A stretch of DNA of 30,859 bases, from the IMG/VR virus record IMGVR_UViG_2740892488_000014. One strand, 5' to 3'. This document shows, piece after piece, positions 8,473-18,543 of the stretch. The notes below the pieces were generated by a model. It made no database searches. It was given only the letters and a program-made list of their open reading frames with translations, and had not been told where the DNA came from. A program made the position numbers and the translations under genes. Position 1 is the first letter of the stretch. Each line of letters begins with the position of its first letter. The stretch comes from a virus (Duplodnaviria > Heunggongvirae > Uroviricota > Caudoviricetes).

Positions 8473-8762
8473 AAAAAATCGACCTGAGAAAAGCTGCACG
8501 CAGTCGCGCTTGTACTGTGCGTATCCCCGGTGTGTGCAATCACAATCCTGAAACCAGCGTACTGGCTCATTATCGTCTCGCCGGAACGTGCGGCACAGCC
8601 ATCAAACCTCACGATATGCAGGGCGCTATCGCCTGCAGTGCGTGTCACGATGCCATCGACGGACGTACAAAAACGGATTACGAGCACGACTCATTGTTGT
8701 TGATGCACGCTGAGGGAGTTTTCAGAACACTGGCTATCTGGCGCGATGAGGAGTTTATCTGA
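8469..8762 (+). CDS. YbcO/DUF1364-like putative nuclease (lambdoid nin region)
   Basis: 97-aa ORF; Cys-rich signature RIPGVCNHNPETSVLAHYRL…ACSACHDAIDG matches the YbcO family as I recall it. Confidence 0.7.
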   Translation: MKKIDLRKAARSRACTVRIPGVCNHNPETSVLAHYRLAGTCGTAIKPHDMQGAIACSACHDAIDGRTKTDYEHDSLLLMHAEGVFRTLAIWRDEEFI

Positions 8763-9433
8763 TGAGTAACGAGTATTTATTGGAATATACCCGCATAAAA
8801 CTGCGCGCTGCATTGCGGGATTTGTCTGGTGGTTCTAAGGGGCAACTGGAAGCATTGTGTGAGCACCCACCGGCAGACAAAAACGCATACCCACGCAAAC
8901 ATATTCACCGTGTGCAGCTGGAGGACCGGACCGTTGATGCTCTGGTTACGCCAGTTTACGCTCTGGAAAGTTTCAGCAGACGTCGCCCCGCGCCGCCGAT
9001 GAGTGATTTTGAATTTGCTGATTCATCCTGGCGGCGTTCTGTGAACTCGCTGGATGCAAGTCAGCAAGCGTGGTTGCGTTATTGCTACGGTGGTAACCTG
9101 GCATTCAAACACCAAACAGCTATTTGTGAGGCTGTCTGGAGTCGCTATAAAGGAAACATCCCCGCGTCAACTCAGAGAAAAGTAGTTAAGCGCCTGCTTT
9201 CGTTGGTGTGGTTGTCCGTGCAGGCGGTCGCAGCAGCAAATAAACGCGAGGATTTTAAGGAGATGGCCGGATCTACCCTAGCAGGAATGCTGTCGGTTTC
9301 TCGTTCCACCTGGTGCGAAACATACTCCCTGCACTGGGTAGGAATGAAAGAGGCGGTGAGAGCACTTGATGAAGTGGCACTTCTTGCAACTTTGCATCAT
9401 TATCAGAACCATTTAGACGACGTTTGCGTATAA
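8762..9433 (+). CDS. putative late-gene antiterminator (Q-like), called by position
   Basis: 223-aa ORF directly after the nin-type genes and before a promoter-like region and the lysis cassette; no sequence-level match to lambda Q is claimed. Confidence 0.35.
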   Translation: MSNEYLLEYTRIKLRAALRDLSGGSKGQLEALCEHPPADKNAYPRKHIHRVQLEDRTVDALVTPVYALESFSRRRPAPPMSDFEFADSSWRRSVNSLDASQQAWLRYCYGGNLAFKHQTAICEAVWSRYKGNIPASTQRKVVKRLLSLVWLSVQAVAAANKREDFKEMAGSTLAGMLSVSRSTWCETYSLHWVGMKEAVRALDEVALLATLHHYQNHLDDVCV

Positions 9434-9436
9434 TGC

Positions 9437-9493
9437 TTGCAAAAACGAACAAAATAGGCCATATTTGACGCTAATTTGGTATGTTGCCAAATT
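9437..9493 (+). promoter_or_regulatory. candidate late promoter region (pR'-like) between the Q-like gene and the lysis genes
   Basis: Two overlapping sigma70-like candidates: TTGCAA-18-ATATTT and ATATTTGACG-17-CAAATT; the second resembles lambda pR' (ATTTGACT…TAAATT) as recalled. Confidence 0.25.
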
Positions 9494-9545
9494 TCTAAGA
9501 ACCTCGCCACGGCGGGGTTTTGTCGTTTCTGAATCAGGAAAAATC

Positions 9546-9929
9546 ATGTCTGAACCTCTAACCGCTGGCGTTGCTGCTGGCTCGGCGGGGGTGACGTTTG
9601 CTGCGTTATTTCCTGAGGCAACACCTGCAGTGATGATCTGTGCGCTGGCAGGCGCAGCTCTCTATGTGTTGTCGTCCGGGCAGCATCGATTCTGGAAGCA
9701 GGTTATTTTCGCACTCATTTCGTTTGTTGGCGGTGTGTATTGCGCTGAGACAGCGTCAGCCATCATTACCGGTATTCTGAACGCGGTGCTGAGTCACCTG
9801 AACCCTCCCGTAACAGTAAAAGTCTCTCCCGCCATTGGTGCACTGGTTGCATCAGTAATCAGCGTTACATCACTGTTGCGGATCATGTCACAAGCTCGTT
9901 TATGGAAATCAGATAAGGGGATGAAATAA
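9546..9929 (+). CDS. putative holin
   Basis: 127 codons from ATG 9546 (AGGA Shine-Dalgarno); several hydrophobic segments; first gene of the lysis cassette. Confidence 0.5.
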   Translation: MSEPLTAGVAAGSAGVTFAALFPEATPAVMICALAGAALYVLSSGQHRFWKQVIFALISFVGGVYCAETASAIITGILNAVLSHLNPPVTVKVSPAIGALVASVISVTSLLRIMSQARLWKSDKGMK

Positions 9930-10189
9930 TGACCCTGCACTCTGTCCTCATCAATGCCAATGCAATTATTTGTCTGATGTTGGCACTACGGTTGATGTTT
10001 TTTCAAAAAACAGGCCGCTATCGTTTTTTTCATCTCACTAACTGCTTACCTCGCGATTCTGTCTGCTGCGTGGATAGCCCTACGAATTTTTTTACGGGAA
10101 ATATACGCAGGTTGATCCCGCAGAGTTCTTTCTCAACCTCACCATCTGTATTGCTGTCTGGCGGGCACGAGGGAATATTTCAAAAATAA
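9929..10189 (+). CDS. small membrane protein in the lysis cassette (possible holin partner)
   Basis: 86-aa ORF overlapping the holin stop; N-terminal hydrophobic helix AIICLMLALRLMFF; contains a T7 run, so its C-terminus is uncertain. Confidence 0.3.
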   Translation: MTLHSVLINANAIICLMLALRLMFFQKTGRYRFFHLTNCLPRDSVCCVDSPTNFFTGNIRRLIPQSSFSTSPSVLLSGGHEGIFQK

Positions 10190-10202
10190 CAGGAGACAGG
10201 TA

Positions 10203-10682
10203 ATGACGGATCCTAAATGGCTAATCGAGGCTCGAAAAAACCTCGGCATTCGGGAAATGAAAGGGAAGCAACATGCTGCAGAAATTGTGCAGTACTGGAA
10301 AGATATCAAACGCGGCGGCATTAAGGATGACGAAACACCGTGGTGCGCTGCTTTCACCGGGGCAATGCTGGAACGTGCGGGTATTCGCTCAACGCGTTTT
10401 GAGTCTGCGAATTCTTATCTCGATTGGGGTAATGAACTGAAGGAACCCGCCTATGGATGCATTGCTATTCTGTCTCGGTCTGGCGGTGGTCACGTCGGCT
10501 TTGTTGTCGGGAAAAATGCCGCCGGGGATTTAATGATTTTGGGGGGCAACCAGGCAGATGAAGTAAATATCAAAGCTTTTCCTCGTTCCCGCGTAACAGG
10601 CTACCGCTGGCCAGCAGGTCAAACGGATGTTCCACAATCACTTCCATTGGTGAATGCTGAGAAATCTATCTCAGAAGCGTAG
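10203..10682 (+). CDS. putative endolysin, cysteine-peptidase type (CHAP/NlpC-P60-like)
   Basis: 159-aa ORF after the holin genes with AGGAGA Shine-Dalgarno; conserved Cys (ETPWCAAF) and His (GGGHVGFV) spaced as in papain-fold cell-wall peptidases; no lysozyme or transglycosylase motifs. Confidence 0.5.
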   Translation: MTDPKWLIEARKNLGIREMKGKQHAAEIVQYWKDIKRGGIKDDETPWCAAFTGAMLERAGIRSTRFESANSYLDWGNELKEPAYGCIAILSRSGGGHVGFVVGKNAAGDLMILGGNQADEVNIKAFPRSRVTGYRWPAGQTDVPQSLPLVNAEKSISEA

Positions 10683-10689
10683 GTAAAAC

Positions 10690-10884
10690 GTGAAAAAACT
10701 TCTCTTAGCTGTCGCGTTCTTCACGCTGGCAGGCTGCACACATTCGACATACACCGAAGCGACTCGCGCTGACGGCAGCAGTATTAAACACGTGATGATC
10801 GCGCCGGGTACGAAGATTACTACTGCGAACGGTGGTTGTATTGATTCAACCGGGGCAGAGGCTTCATGCCTTGGTGGAAAATAG
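10690..10884 (+). CDS. small lipoprotein (LAGC lipobox) at the end of the lysis cassette
   Basis: 64 codons from GTG 10690; signal peptide plus LAGC lipobox; not proline-rich and has no C-terminal TM helix, so not a canonical spanin. Confidence 0.5.
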   Translation: MKKLLLAVAFFTLAGCTHSTYTEATRADGSSIKHVMIAPGTKITTANGGCIDSTGAEASCLGGK

Positions 10885-10943
10885 GGTAATTTACTTTAAC
10901 GAGAGGCCGCCTTTTTGTTTTAAGGCGGCACACATTCAACAGA

Positions 10944-11204
10944 TTAAGGTAACTGATTTGACCATTTTGTTGCGCGCCAGTTGTTCTGAACCATAATCTT
11001 CTGAAGTATCTCATCTGAAGGCTCTGCTTCGCCGCTTAGCCATTCTCTTAAAGTTGAACAATTTAGATAAGAGGAGTTCGCACGATAAAAAGATACGATG
11101 GCGTCCTCTGATAACTTCTCAGGAAACTTTTTTGGGTCAGCTTCTTTTAATATTACGCTCATTAAGGCTTCAATTTTTTCTCTGTTCATTTTTTGCGTTC
11201 TCAT
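10944..11204 (-). CDS. hypothetical protein, reverse-oriented moron between lysis and packaging genes
   Basis: 86-aa ORF on the opposite strand to all surrounding phage genes; locally lower G+C; no strong Shine-Dalgarno. Confidence 0.35.
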   Translation of the reverse strand: MRTQKMNREKIEALMSVILKEADPKKFPEKLSEDAIVSFYRANSSYLNCSTLREWLSGEAEPSDEILQKIMVQNNWRATKWSNQLP

Positions 11205-11557
11205 GGTTGTTGTTTTTCTGTAATGATATCAATAAGTTCAAGATATATACATATATGGAAAACTTGTTCGGTAGTCTATCGATACAGCACAAAAGGATGG
11301 CTCGCTGCCAAAGTGAAAGCTTACGCTGATAATCAGATACACAAAGCTGATGTATGCAAACAAGTACGCCGCGAGGCTACAGTTGAGTTTGATGAACCTG
11401 ATGCGAGCCCCTAATTCCTGTCCTGAAAGGGAGATAGCCCCCTGGTCGCGGGTCCTTTCCGAAATCCAAAACACCGAGGGTCGGTAGACGCGCAAAAACT
11501 CGCTCGTTTTTAGTATTTTTTCATTTTGGGTATTTCCGGTTCCGGTGAGGATTTTTA

Positions 11558-12124
11558 ATGGCAAGTCAGGCTGAGGTTGCAGCACATTTACTGCTATCTG
11601 ATCGTCGTCTGCGCGATCTCGCAAAACTTCCGGGAGCACCAGTCCCACAAGGACGTGGTGATTGGGAGCTAGACGCATGGCGCCATTTTTATATTCGTTA
11701 TCTCCGGAGCAATAGACGCGACACAACTAGTAATGACGAACCGGAAGCGGGGGACAATTCTCCCGAAAAAAATCGCGAGCAGTGGCTGAAAAATGAGGAA
11801 CGACAGGAGCGAATCCTGATGGCACGAGTAAAACGCCGCATTCTCGCTAAACGCTACGCGCCAATTGAATTAATTAGCGTCGCTGTATCTCGCGTCGCCG
11901 TTGAATTACGTACCCGCGTCGAGTCGTGGCCACCACGCCTGAAAAAGGTCTGGCCGGAGATGCCGCAAGAGGCGAGCAGTGTATTACGAGAGGAGCTGGC
12001 GATAGCCTTAAATGAGTTGTCAGACATACGAATCGACTTCAGCGATTACGATGTCAGCGATATCGAACGCGATCTCGACAGGGTTGAATCCCTTGCGCGT
12101 GACGATACCGATGACGGGTGTTGA
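11558..12124 (+). CDS. terminase small subunit (lambda Nu1-like)
   Basis: 188-aa ORF immediately upstream of and overlapping the large-subunit gene; layout resembles lambda Nu1. Confidence 0.65.
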   Translation: MASQAEVAAHLLLSDRRLRDLAKLPGAPVPQGRGDWELDAWRHFYIRYLRSNRRDTTSNDEPEAGDNSPEKNREQWLKNEERQERILMARVKRRILAKRYAPIELISVAVSRVAVELRTRVESWPPRLKKVWPEMPQEASSVLREELAIALNELSDIRIDFSDYDVSDIERDLDRVESLARDDTDDGC

Positions 12125-13974
12125 GTGGGCTGATAAATATTTTTATCTCCCTGAGGGCTCCAGCCACATCGCTGGGCACTGGACGACTCAGCCGGTCCAG
12201 GTAGTGATGCTCAATATGATGACGAACGACGCGATAAAAATCGTGTCTGTTCGCAAATCAGCTCGTCTCGGTTATACAAAAATACTCGTCGCGGCGCTGC
12301 TCTATTTCGCTGAGCACAAAAAACGTAGTGCCGTGGTCTATCAGCCTATCGATGACGAATCGGATGGATTTGTCGCCGACGAGGTTGACCCCGCTATCGC
12401 CGAAATGCCAGTGATTCAGAAAATTTTCCCCGACTGGGATAAAAGCAACGAGCGTAACAATCTCCAGCGTAAAGAAATGAGCGGCGCGATTCTTGATTTT
12501 CGCGGCGCGAGTGCACCAGGAAATTTCCGGCGACTAACGAAACAGGTTGTCGAGGGTGACGAAGTTGACGGCTGGCCGCTGGAAGTTGCCAAAAAAGGCA
12601 AAGGCGAGGGCTCGCCCATCGAACTGGCGCTCGTTCGAATTAAAGGGGCAGCGTACCCGAAGGCGATTTTTGGTTCGACGCCGACCGTTACCGGCAAAAG
12701 TCATATCGAAATGCTCGAAGACGCTGCCGATCTGACGTTTCGTTTTTACCTGACATGTCCGCATTGTGGCGAGGAGCAGGTCCTGGTATTTGGTTTCGAC
12801 GGTATCGAATACGGCCTCAAATGGGATAACAGCCTGCAGACCAATGAGGCGAAATCGTCGTCCGCGTATTACCAGTGCTGCCACTGCCCGGAACATTTTT
12901 TACTATCGCGATCTCGAAAAAATGGAGTTCGGGGGGCGCTGGATAGCCGAGGACTGCACCTGGACCCGAGACGGCATTCATTTTTTTGATCATGACGGTG
13001 GCGTCGTTCGCGCGCCGAAACACGCTGCGATCGTGATAAACGCCCTGTATTCACTAAACCTCGATGGATGGGGCGAGATTGTCAGCGAGTGGCTGAAAGC
13101 GAAAGGCGACCCGCTCAAGGAAAAGACGTTTCATAACACGACGCTCGGCGAACTCTGGAGCGACGTGGCCAGCGAGCAGCTGGAGCACGATATTCTGGTT
13201 AATCGCCGGGAAAAATACGCCAGCCAGGTTCCTGACGGTGTTGTTTATATAACCGGCGGCATCGACTCTCAGACGTCCGGGCGCTACGAGTGTTATGTGT
13301 GGGGCTGGGGAGCCGAGGAGGAGTGCTGGCTGATTGATAAAACAATCGTCCTCGGTCGCTACGACGAGGAGGACACGCTGCAGCGCGTCGACGGAGTGAT
13401 TCGCAAACAATACCGGCGCAGCGACGGGACCACAATCGGCGTCAGTCGCTGGGCGTGGGATACCGGTGGTATAGATGCGCAGGTCGTTTATAACCGCTCG
13501 CTGAAACTCGGTCCGCTGTGGGTCATTCCAATCAAGGGCGCGAGCTCATACGGCCAGCCGGTCGTAAATATGCCTCGTACCCGTAACGCGAATAAAGTGT
13601 ATTTGTCGTTGATTGGGACAGATACAGCGAAAGACCTGCTCGCAATGCGCCTGCAGCTGGAACCCGACTCCAAATCGGCGACACCAGGTGCGATTCATTT
13701 TCCCAACGACGACGAAATATTCAGCACGACAGAGGCAAAACAGCTCGTCTCCGAGGTTCTGATCCCGAAACTCATTAACGGTCGCGTCGTTTATCGTTGG
13801 GACAACCAGGGCCGGCGAAATGAGGCGCTCGACTGCTGGGTGTACGGACTGGCAGCGCTGCGTATCAGTAAAATTCGTTTCCAGCTCAATCTCGAGACGC
13901 TCGCTGAGCAACGGAAAAAATCACAAAACAAACTGTCTCTCGAGGAGATGGCCAGAATGCTCGGAGGGAGCTAA
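12012..13974 (+). CDS. terminase large subunit (lambda gpA-like); frame change at a T6 run
   Basis: N-terminal GVEWADKYFYLPEGS… and C-terminal …WTRDGIHFF…TTLGELWS…YITGGIDSQ…CYVWGWG…IPIKGAS…ALDCWVYGLAALRIS match lambda gpA; the two ORFs (12012-12989, 12766-13974) join if the T-run 12896-12901 has one more T. Start codon uncertain (12012, 12051 or 12111). Confidence 0.85.
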
Positions 13975-14207
13975 TGACGTCGCGCGAGGTTTTAACAGAA
14001 CGACTGCTGGAAGCGGAAATCGCTCTGCACAAATTATTAACGGGTAAATCGACCGTGTCGCTGTCTCACGGCGATTCAGCAGGAAATAACCGGAGCTATC
14101 AATACTCGCAGGCGAGTATTGAGCAGCTCCGAACGTACATTATCGAGCTGAAATCACAGCTCGGTCTGAGTACGGGACGCCGTCGGCCCGTGGGAGTTCG
14201 ATTATGA
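13974..14207 (+). CDS. head-tail joining protein (lambda gpW-like)
   Basis: 77-aa ORF with LHKLLTGK…QLRTYIIELKSQL, matching lambda W; ATGA overlap with the terminase stop. Confidence 0.8.
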   Translation: MTSREVLTERLLEAEIALHKLLTGKSTVSLSHGDSAGNNRSYQYSQASIEQLRTYIIELKSQLGLSTGRRRPVGVRL

Positions 14208-15778
14208 CTGCTCCGCAGCAGCTGCTCGGGCCTGACGGTAAAACGCCACTACGCCGTTACGCGGGGTATAACGGCGGCGGTCCCGGTTTCGGTGGCCAGC
14301 TGATTGACTGGAACGCACCACAGCAGAGCGCCGACGCAGCACTGTTGCCGAATTTTTATCGCGGTAACGCGCGAGCAGACGATCTCGTTCGCAATAACGG
14401 CGTCGCGTCGAACGCCGTGCAGCTGCACCAGGATCATATCGTCGGCAATCTGTTTAAGTTGAGTTATCGCCCTAACTGGCGTTACCTCGGCATATCTCGC
14501 GAGGACGCCAGGGCGCTGGCGCGTGACGTCGAGGTAGCGTGGACTGAATACGCCGAGGACCCTCACTGCACGATTGATATCGAGCGGAAACGGACGTTCA
14601 CAATGATGATCCGCGAGGGCGTGGCTACTCACGCTTTCAACGGTGAAACCTGCGTACAACCAGTCTGGGAGAGTAGTGCCGGCAGCGTTTTTCGGACGCG
14701 ATTCAAAATGGTCTCACCGAAACGGATTCGAAATCCGGGTTACGCAGCTGACACTCAATTTCGCCGCGCCGGTGTTGATATCGATAAAAACGGGGCCGCG
14801 GTCGGGTACTGGATAGCCGAGGATACTTACCCTCTCGGCGGAGTCGGTAAATGCCGGCGTATCCCAGCACAGCTCAGCAGCGGCAGACACGCATTCATCC
14901 ACATATTCGAGCCGCTCGAGGACGGACAGACCCGCGGGGACAATATTTTTTACAGCGTCATGGAGCGCCTGAAAATGCTCGACACACTGCAGCAAACACA
15001 ACTGCAGAGCGCCATTGTGAAGGCGATGTATGCCGCGACAATCGAATCAGAGCTCGACAGCCAGCAGGCGTTTGAATATATCGCCGGCGCGGGTACTGAT
15101 ATCGACTCGAACCCGCTGAATTCGTTTATTCAGAGTTACGTGACGTACTACAACGGCGCAAATATCAAGCTCGGTGGTGTGAAAGTTCCCCACCTGCATC
15201 CCGGCGACAAACTCAGTTTACAGACCGCTCAGAATGCTGATGCTGGTTTTAGTTCACTGGAAAAATCACTCCTGCGTTACGTTGCAGCTGGCGTTGGCGC
15301 GTCATACGAAGAACTTAGCCGGGACTACAGCCAGGTCAGTTACTCCAGCGCCCGGGCCAGTGCTAACGTCAGCTGGCGATTTTTCATGGGGCGTCGACGT
15401 TTTATCGCCGCGCGACAGGCGTCGCTGATGTTCTGCTGCTGGTTTGAAGAGGCGCTGGCACGCGGAATTATCACCCTGCCACGCTCAGCTGTCCGGTCGT
15501 TTTATGAGGCGCGGAACTCCTGGACGAACGCGCTCTGGATCGGCGCTGGTCGCATGGCGATTGATGGGCTGAAAGAGGTTCAGGAGAGCGCCATGCGCAT
15601 CACAACTGGCCTCAGCACGTATCAGAACGAACTGGCGCTGCAGGGACAGGATTACGAGGAGGTTATGGAGCAGCAGGAATACGAAATTCAGCGCCGGCGT
15701 GAAATGGGGCTGAGCGAACCGTCATGGTCTGTATCTCACCCCTCAAATACCAACGATAACGGCTGGGGAGGTAACTGA
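14204..15778 (+). CDS. portal protein (lambda gpB-like)
   Basis: 524-aa ORF with long conserved stretches (LLGPDG…RRYAGY…GFGGQL…LLPNF…RGNARADDLVRNNG…LHQDHIVG…) matching lambda B. Confidence 0.9.
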   Translation: MTAPQQLLGPDGKTPLRRYAGYNGGGPGFGGQLIDWNAPQQSADAALLPNFYRGNARADDLVRNNGVASNAVQLHQDHIVGNLFKLSYRPNWRYLGISREDARALARDVEVAWTEYAEDPHCTIDIERKRTFTMMIREGVATHAFNGETCVQPVWESSAGSVFRTRFKMVSPKRIRNPGYAADTQFRRAGVDIDKNGAAVGYWIAEDTYPLGGVGKCRRIPAQLSSGRHAFIHIFEPLEDGQTRGDNIFYSVMERLKMLDTLQQTQLQSAIVKAMYAATIESELDSQQAFEYIAGAGTDIDSNPLNSFIQSYVTYYNGANIKLGGVKVPHLHPGDKLSLQTAQNADAGFSSLEKSLLRYVAAGVGASYEELSRDYSQVSYSSARASANVSWRFFMGRRRFIAARQASLMFCCWFEEALARGIITLPRSAVRSFYEARNSWTNALWIGAGRMAIDGLKEVQESAMRITTGLSTYQNELALQGQDYEEVMEQQEYEIQRRREMGLSEPSWSVSHPSNTNDNGWGGN

Positions 15779-17086
15779 TGCCGTGGAACAATTTTCCGCA
15801 CCTCGCCGCCAGGGCGTTCAATCAACCGCTTTTGCTGGAGCCCACCTACGCGCGGGTATTTTTTTTCGGCGCTGAGCGACCGGTTCGGTACCGGGCGACT
15901 GATTGATACAGCGTCTGGAGAGGTAATGAACAGCGACGAAATGAACGCGCTCGCGATGGGGTGGGACAGCAGCGAGCGAACACGCCAGAAATCGTATCGC
16001 GTGGAGCGTGGTATAGCCGTTCTGCCGGTTACCGGGACGCTGGTTCATAAATTGGGTTATATCAACCCAGTTAGCGGGATGAGCGGTTACAACGGAATCG
16101 CAAAACGCCTGCAGCAGGCGATTTCTGATCCCGATGTAAGAGGGGTCCTGCTTGATATTGACTCCCCTGGCGGTGAAGTCGCCGGCGCGTTTGATACTGC
16201 TGATTTAATCGCCCGGGCGCGAGAGCAAAAACCTGTGTGGGCGCTGGCCAGCGATACGGCCTGCAGCGCTGCCTATTTGCTGGCGTCAGCGTGTTCGCGC
16301 CGGCTGATAACGCAGACAGGCACAGTTGGTTCAATCGGTGTCCTGATGGCTCACCGCTGCGTCGAAAAAGCGCTGGAGATTGCTGGCGTCGACGTGACGC
16401 TGATTTACGCCGGCGCGCACAAAGTTGACGGGAACCCGTATTCCCAGCTGCCAGGCGACGTTCGCGACGAATTCCAGCTGAGTATTAACAGCACGCGCGA
16501 GCAGTTCGCGCAAAAAGTCTCGGATTATACCGGGCTGAAAAAATCCAGGGTGCTGGCCACGGAAGCTGCAGTATTTATCGGCGCGGACGCGATTAAATCT
16601 GGTCTCGCTGATCAACTCGTTAATTACGCGGACGCTATCGCAGTGATGGCCGACGCACTGAAACCAAAAATGGAGCGCTTTATGTCTGGTACAGAAACCA
16701 CGGCGGAGACCACGACCACAGAACAAACCGCGACCACGACTACTGTCGCGCAGGTTGAGTTTAACACGGAGCAGATTCGCGCGGACGCCGCATCAAGCGA
16801 ACTGGCGCGTGTGATGGCCATCATCAATTGTCCCGAAGCTGTTGGGCGCGAGGCGCAGGCAAAAGCGCTCGCTGGCGTCCCCGGGATGACGGTCGGGCAG
16901 GCGCAGGTAGTCCTCGCTGCAGCACCTAAAACGGCGCAGGCGCGGACAGAAACGGCGCTCGATACACTAATGAGCACTGAATCACCAGCGACTATTCAGG
17001 ATGCTGGCAGTACTACGGCAACAGGAACAACCGCAAACGTCTCGATGCTGGTTGCTGCAGGGCGTTCAATTTTAGGGGATGAATAA
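15778..17086 (+). CDS. head maturation protease / scaffold (lambda gpC/Nu3-like, S49 family); frame change at a T8 run
   Basis: ATG 15778 overlaps the portal stop; N-terminus FNQPLLLEPTYARVFF matches lambda C but stops after the T8 run 15859-15866; with one T fewer it continues into the 15926-17086 ORF (…GIAVLPVTGTL…GYNGI…LLDIDSPGG…KPVWALA…). Confidence 0.85.
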
Positions 17087-17415
17087 TGACTACAGAAACG
17101 TATAGCCCGGACGATTTTATTCTTGGGCCTGACCTTGTTGTCACGACCGTCGGTCATTTTCAGGGCGGGATCAACGTACCCCGGCTGACACCGATTATGC
17201 TCGACGCTACTGTCGGGACGTTTAAGGTTTGGGACGGCTCAGTCGGTAAAGCTATTGGCCTCACTGCCACCGCAGTTAATACTGGCTCCAGTTCTGCAGA
17301 CTGCTCGTACTATAAATCAGGCTCGTTCCGTTACACGGCGATTAACTGGGGTACGGTTACCGACGTAGCTAAACGCAAATCAGCATTTGCGGGTACGCCG
17401 ATCAGCGTCGGCTGA
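17086..17415 (+). CDS. head decoration protein (lambda gpD-like)
   Basis: 109-aa ORF; …PIMLDA…VWDG…YKSGSFRY…KRKSAFAGTPISV parallels lambda D. Confidence 0.8.
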   Translation: MTTETYSPDDFILGPDLVVTTVGHFQGGINVPRLTPIMLDATVGTFKVWDGSVGKAIGLTATAVNTGSSSADCSYYKSGSFRYTAINWGTVTDVAKRKSAFAGTPISVG

Positions 17416-17473
17416 TAGCAAAAAACTCAAAACAAGCCGCCTCCGGGCGGTTTTTTTATAACAGGATATATAA

Positions 17474-18509
17474 ATGAGCGATTCGTTTACTACGTCAGAA
17501 CTGATTACCGCGACACAGCAGGTATTTAAGTTCAATCCGTTGTTTTTAAAGCTGTTTTTCCGTGAGACCTACACGTTTACGAGCGAAGAGGTTTTTCTGG
17601 ATAAAATCCCGGGAAAAGTGAACATGGCCGTGTACTGCGCGCCGATGATCACCGGCAAAGTTGACCGCACTCGCGGCTATTCAACGAACCATTTCAAACC
17701 GGGTTACACGAAACCCAAGCACACGATCAATCCGAATATGAGCATCAAGCGCGCAGCCGGTGAGCAGATTGGCCAGCCGGAAACGCCGGTCGAACGTCGT
17801 GCAAAAATCATCATGCAGAACCTGCTTGATGAGGAACTGAGCATCAGCCAGCTCGAAGAGTTCCAGGCGGTACAGGCTGTTCTGTACGGTAAATACACTG
17901 TTTCCGGCAGCAATATCGAGACCTATGAGATCGACATGAGCCGCAGCGCGACGAATAACGTCACTCAGTCCGGTTCGACAGCCTGGTCGACTCAGGACGC
18001 GGAAACGTATGACCCGAGCGACGATATTGAATCCTACGCGGACCTCGCCTCCGGTGCGGTTAACGTGATCATCATGGATGGTAAAGCCTGGAAGCAGTTG
18101 AAGCGTTTTAAAAAATTCTGGACGGCACTGGATACGCGCCGTGGCTCAAACAGCCAGCTCGAGGTCGCGCTGAAAAACCTGGGCGACGTTGTCAGCTTTA
18201 AAGGCTACTACGGCGACACTGCGCTGTTTGTCTACAAAGGGCAATACCTCGACCCGGTAACAGACACTGAAACGCGTTATATGCCGGATAACACGATGAT
18301 CCTTGGCAACACAAAAAAACCGCGGGCTCCGCACTTATGGCGCAATTCAGGACGAAGACGCGCTGAAAGAGGGTATTTCCGAAGCGACGCGCTATCCAAA
18401 AGTCTGGACCACTACCGGTGATCCGGCAGTGACGCAAACAATGACGCAATCCGCGCCAGCAATGGTCCTCACGGACGCCGACGCGTTCGTTGTCGTAAAA
18501 ATCGCGTAA
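17474..18509 (+). CDS. major capsid protein (lambda gpE-like); frame change at an A7 run
   Basis: Matches lambda E across its length; ORFs 17474-18421 and 18303-18509 join if the A-run 18313-18319 has one A fewer, giving …DNTMILGNTKNRGLRTYG… as in lambda. Confidence 0.85.
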
Positions 18510-18530
18510 GAGTCGAAAGGCTCTTTTTTG
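18509..18530 (+). terminator. possible partial terminator between the major capsid and FI-like genes
   Basis: AGAGTC-GAAA-GGCTCT stem with a GNRA-type tetraloop followed by TTTTTT, directly after the capsid stop codon. Confidence 0.3.
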
Positions 18531-18543
18531 TTAAGGAATCAAC

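Noticed and set aside
8762-9433. Assigning the 223-aa ORF to the lambda Q family specifically
   Set aside because: It lacks the zinc-finger Cys pattern of lambda Q as recalled; kept only as a positional antiterminator candidate.
14249-15075. Minus-strand and alternative-frame ORFs inside the portal gene (14249-14659, 14714-15001, 14851-15075)
   Set aside because: Fully embedded in a strongly supported portal coding region; typical antisense or off-frame ORFs in G+C-balanced DNA.
16071-16977. Minus-strand and off-frame ORFs inside the protease/scaffold gene
   Set aside because: Antisense to a well-supported gene; translations are Arg/Ala-rich in the manner of out-of-frame reading.
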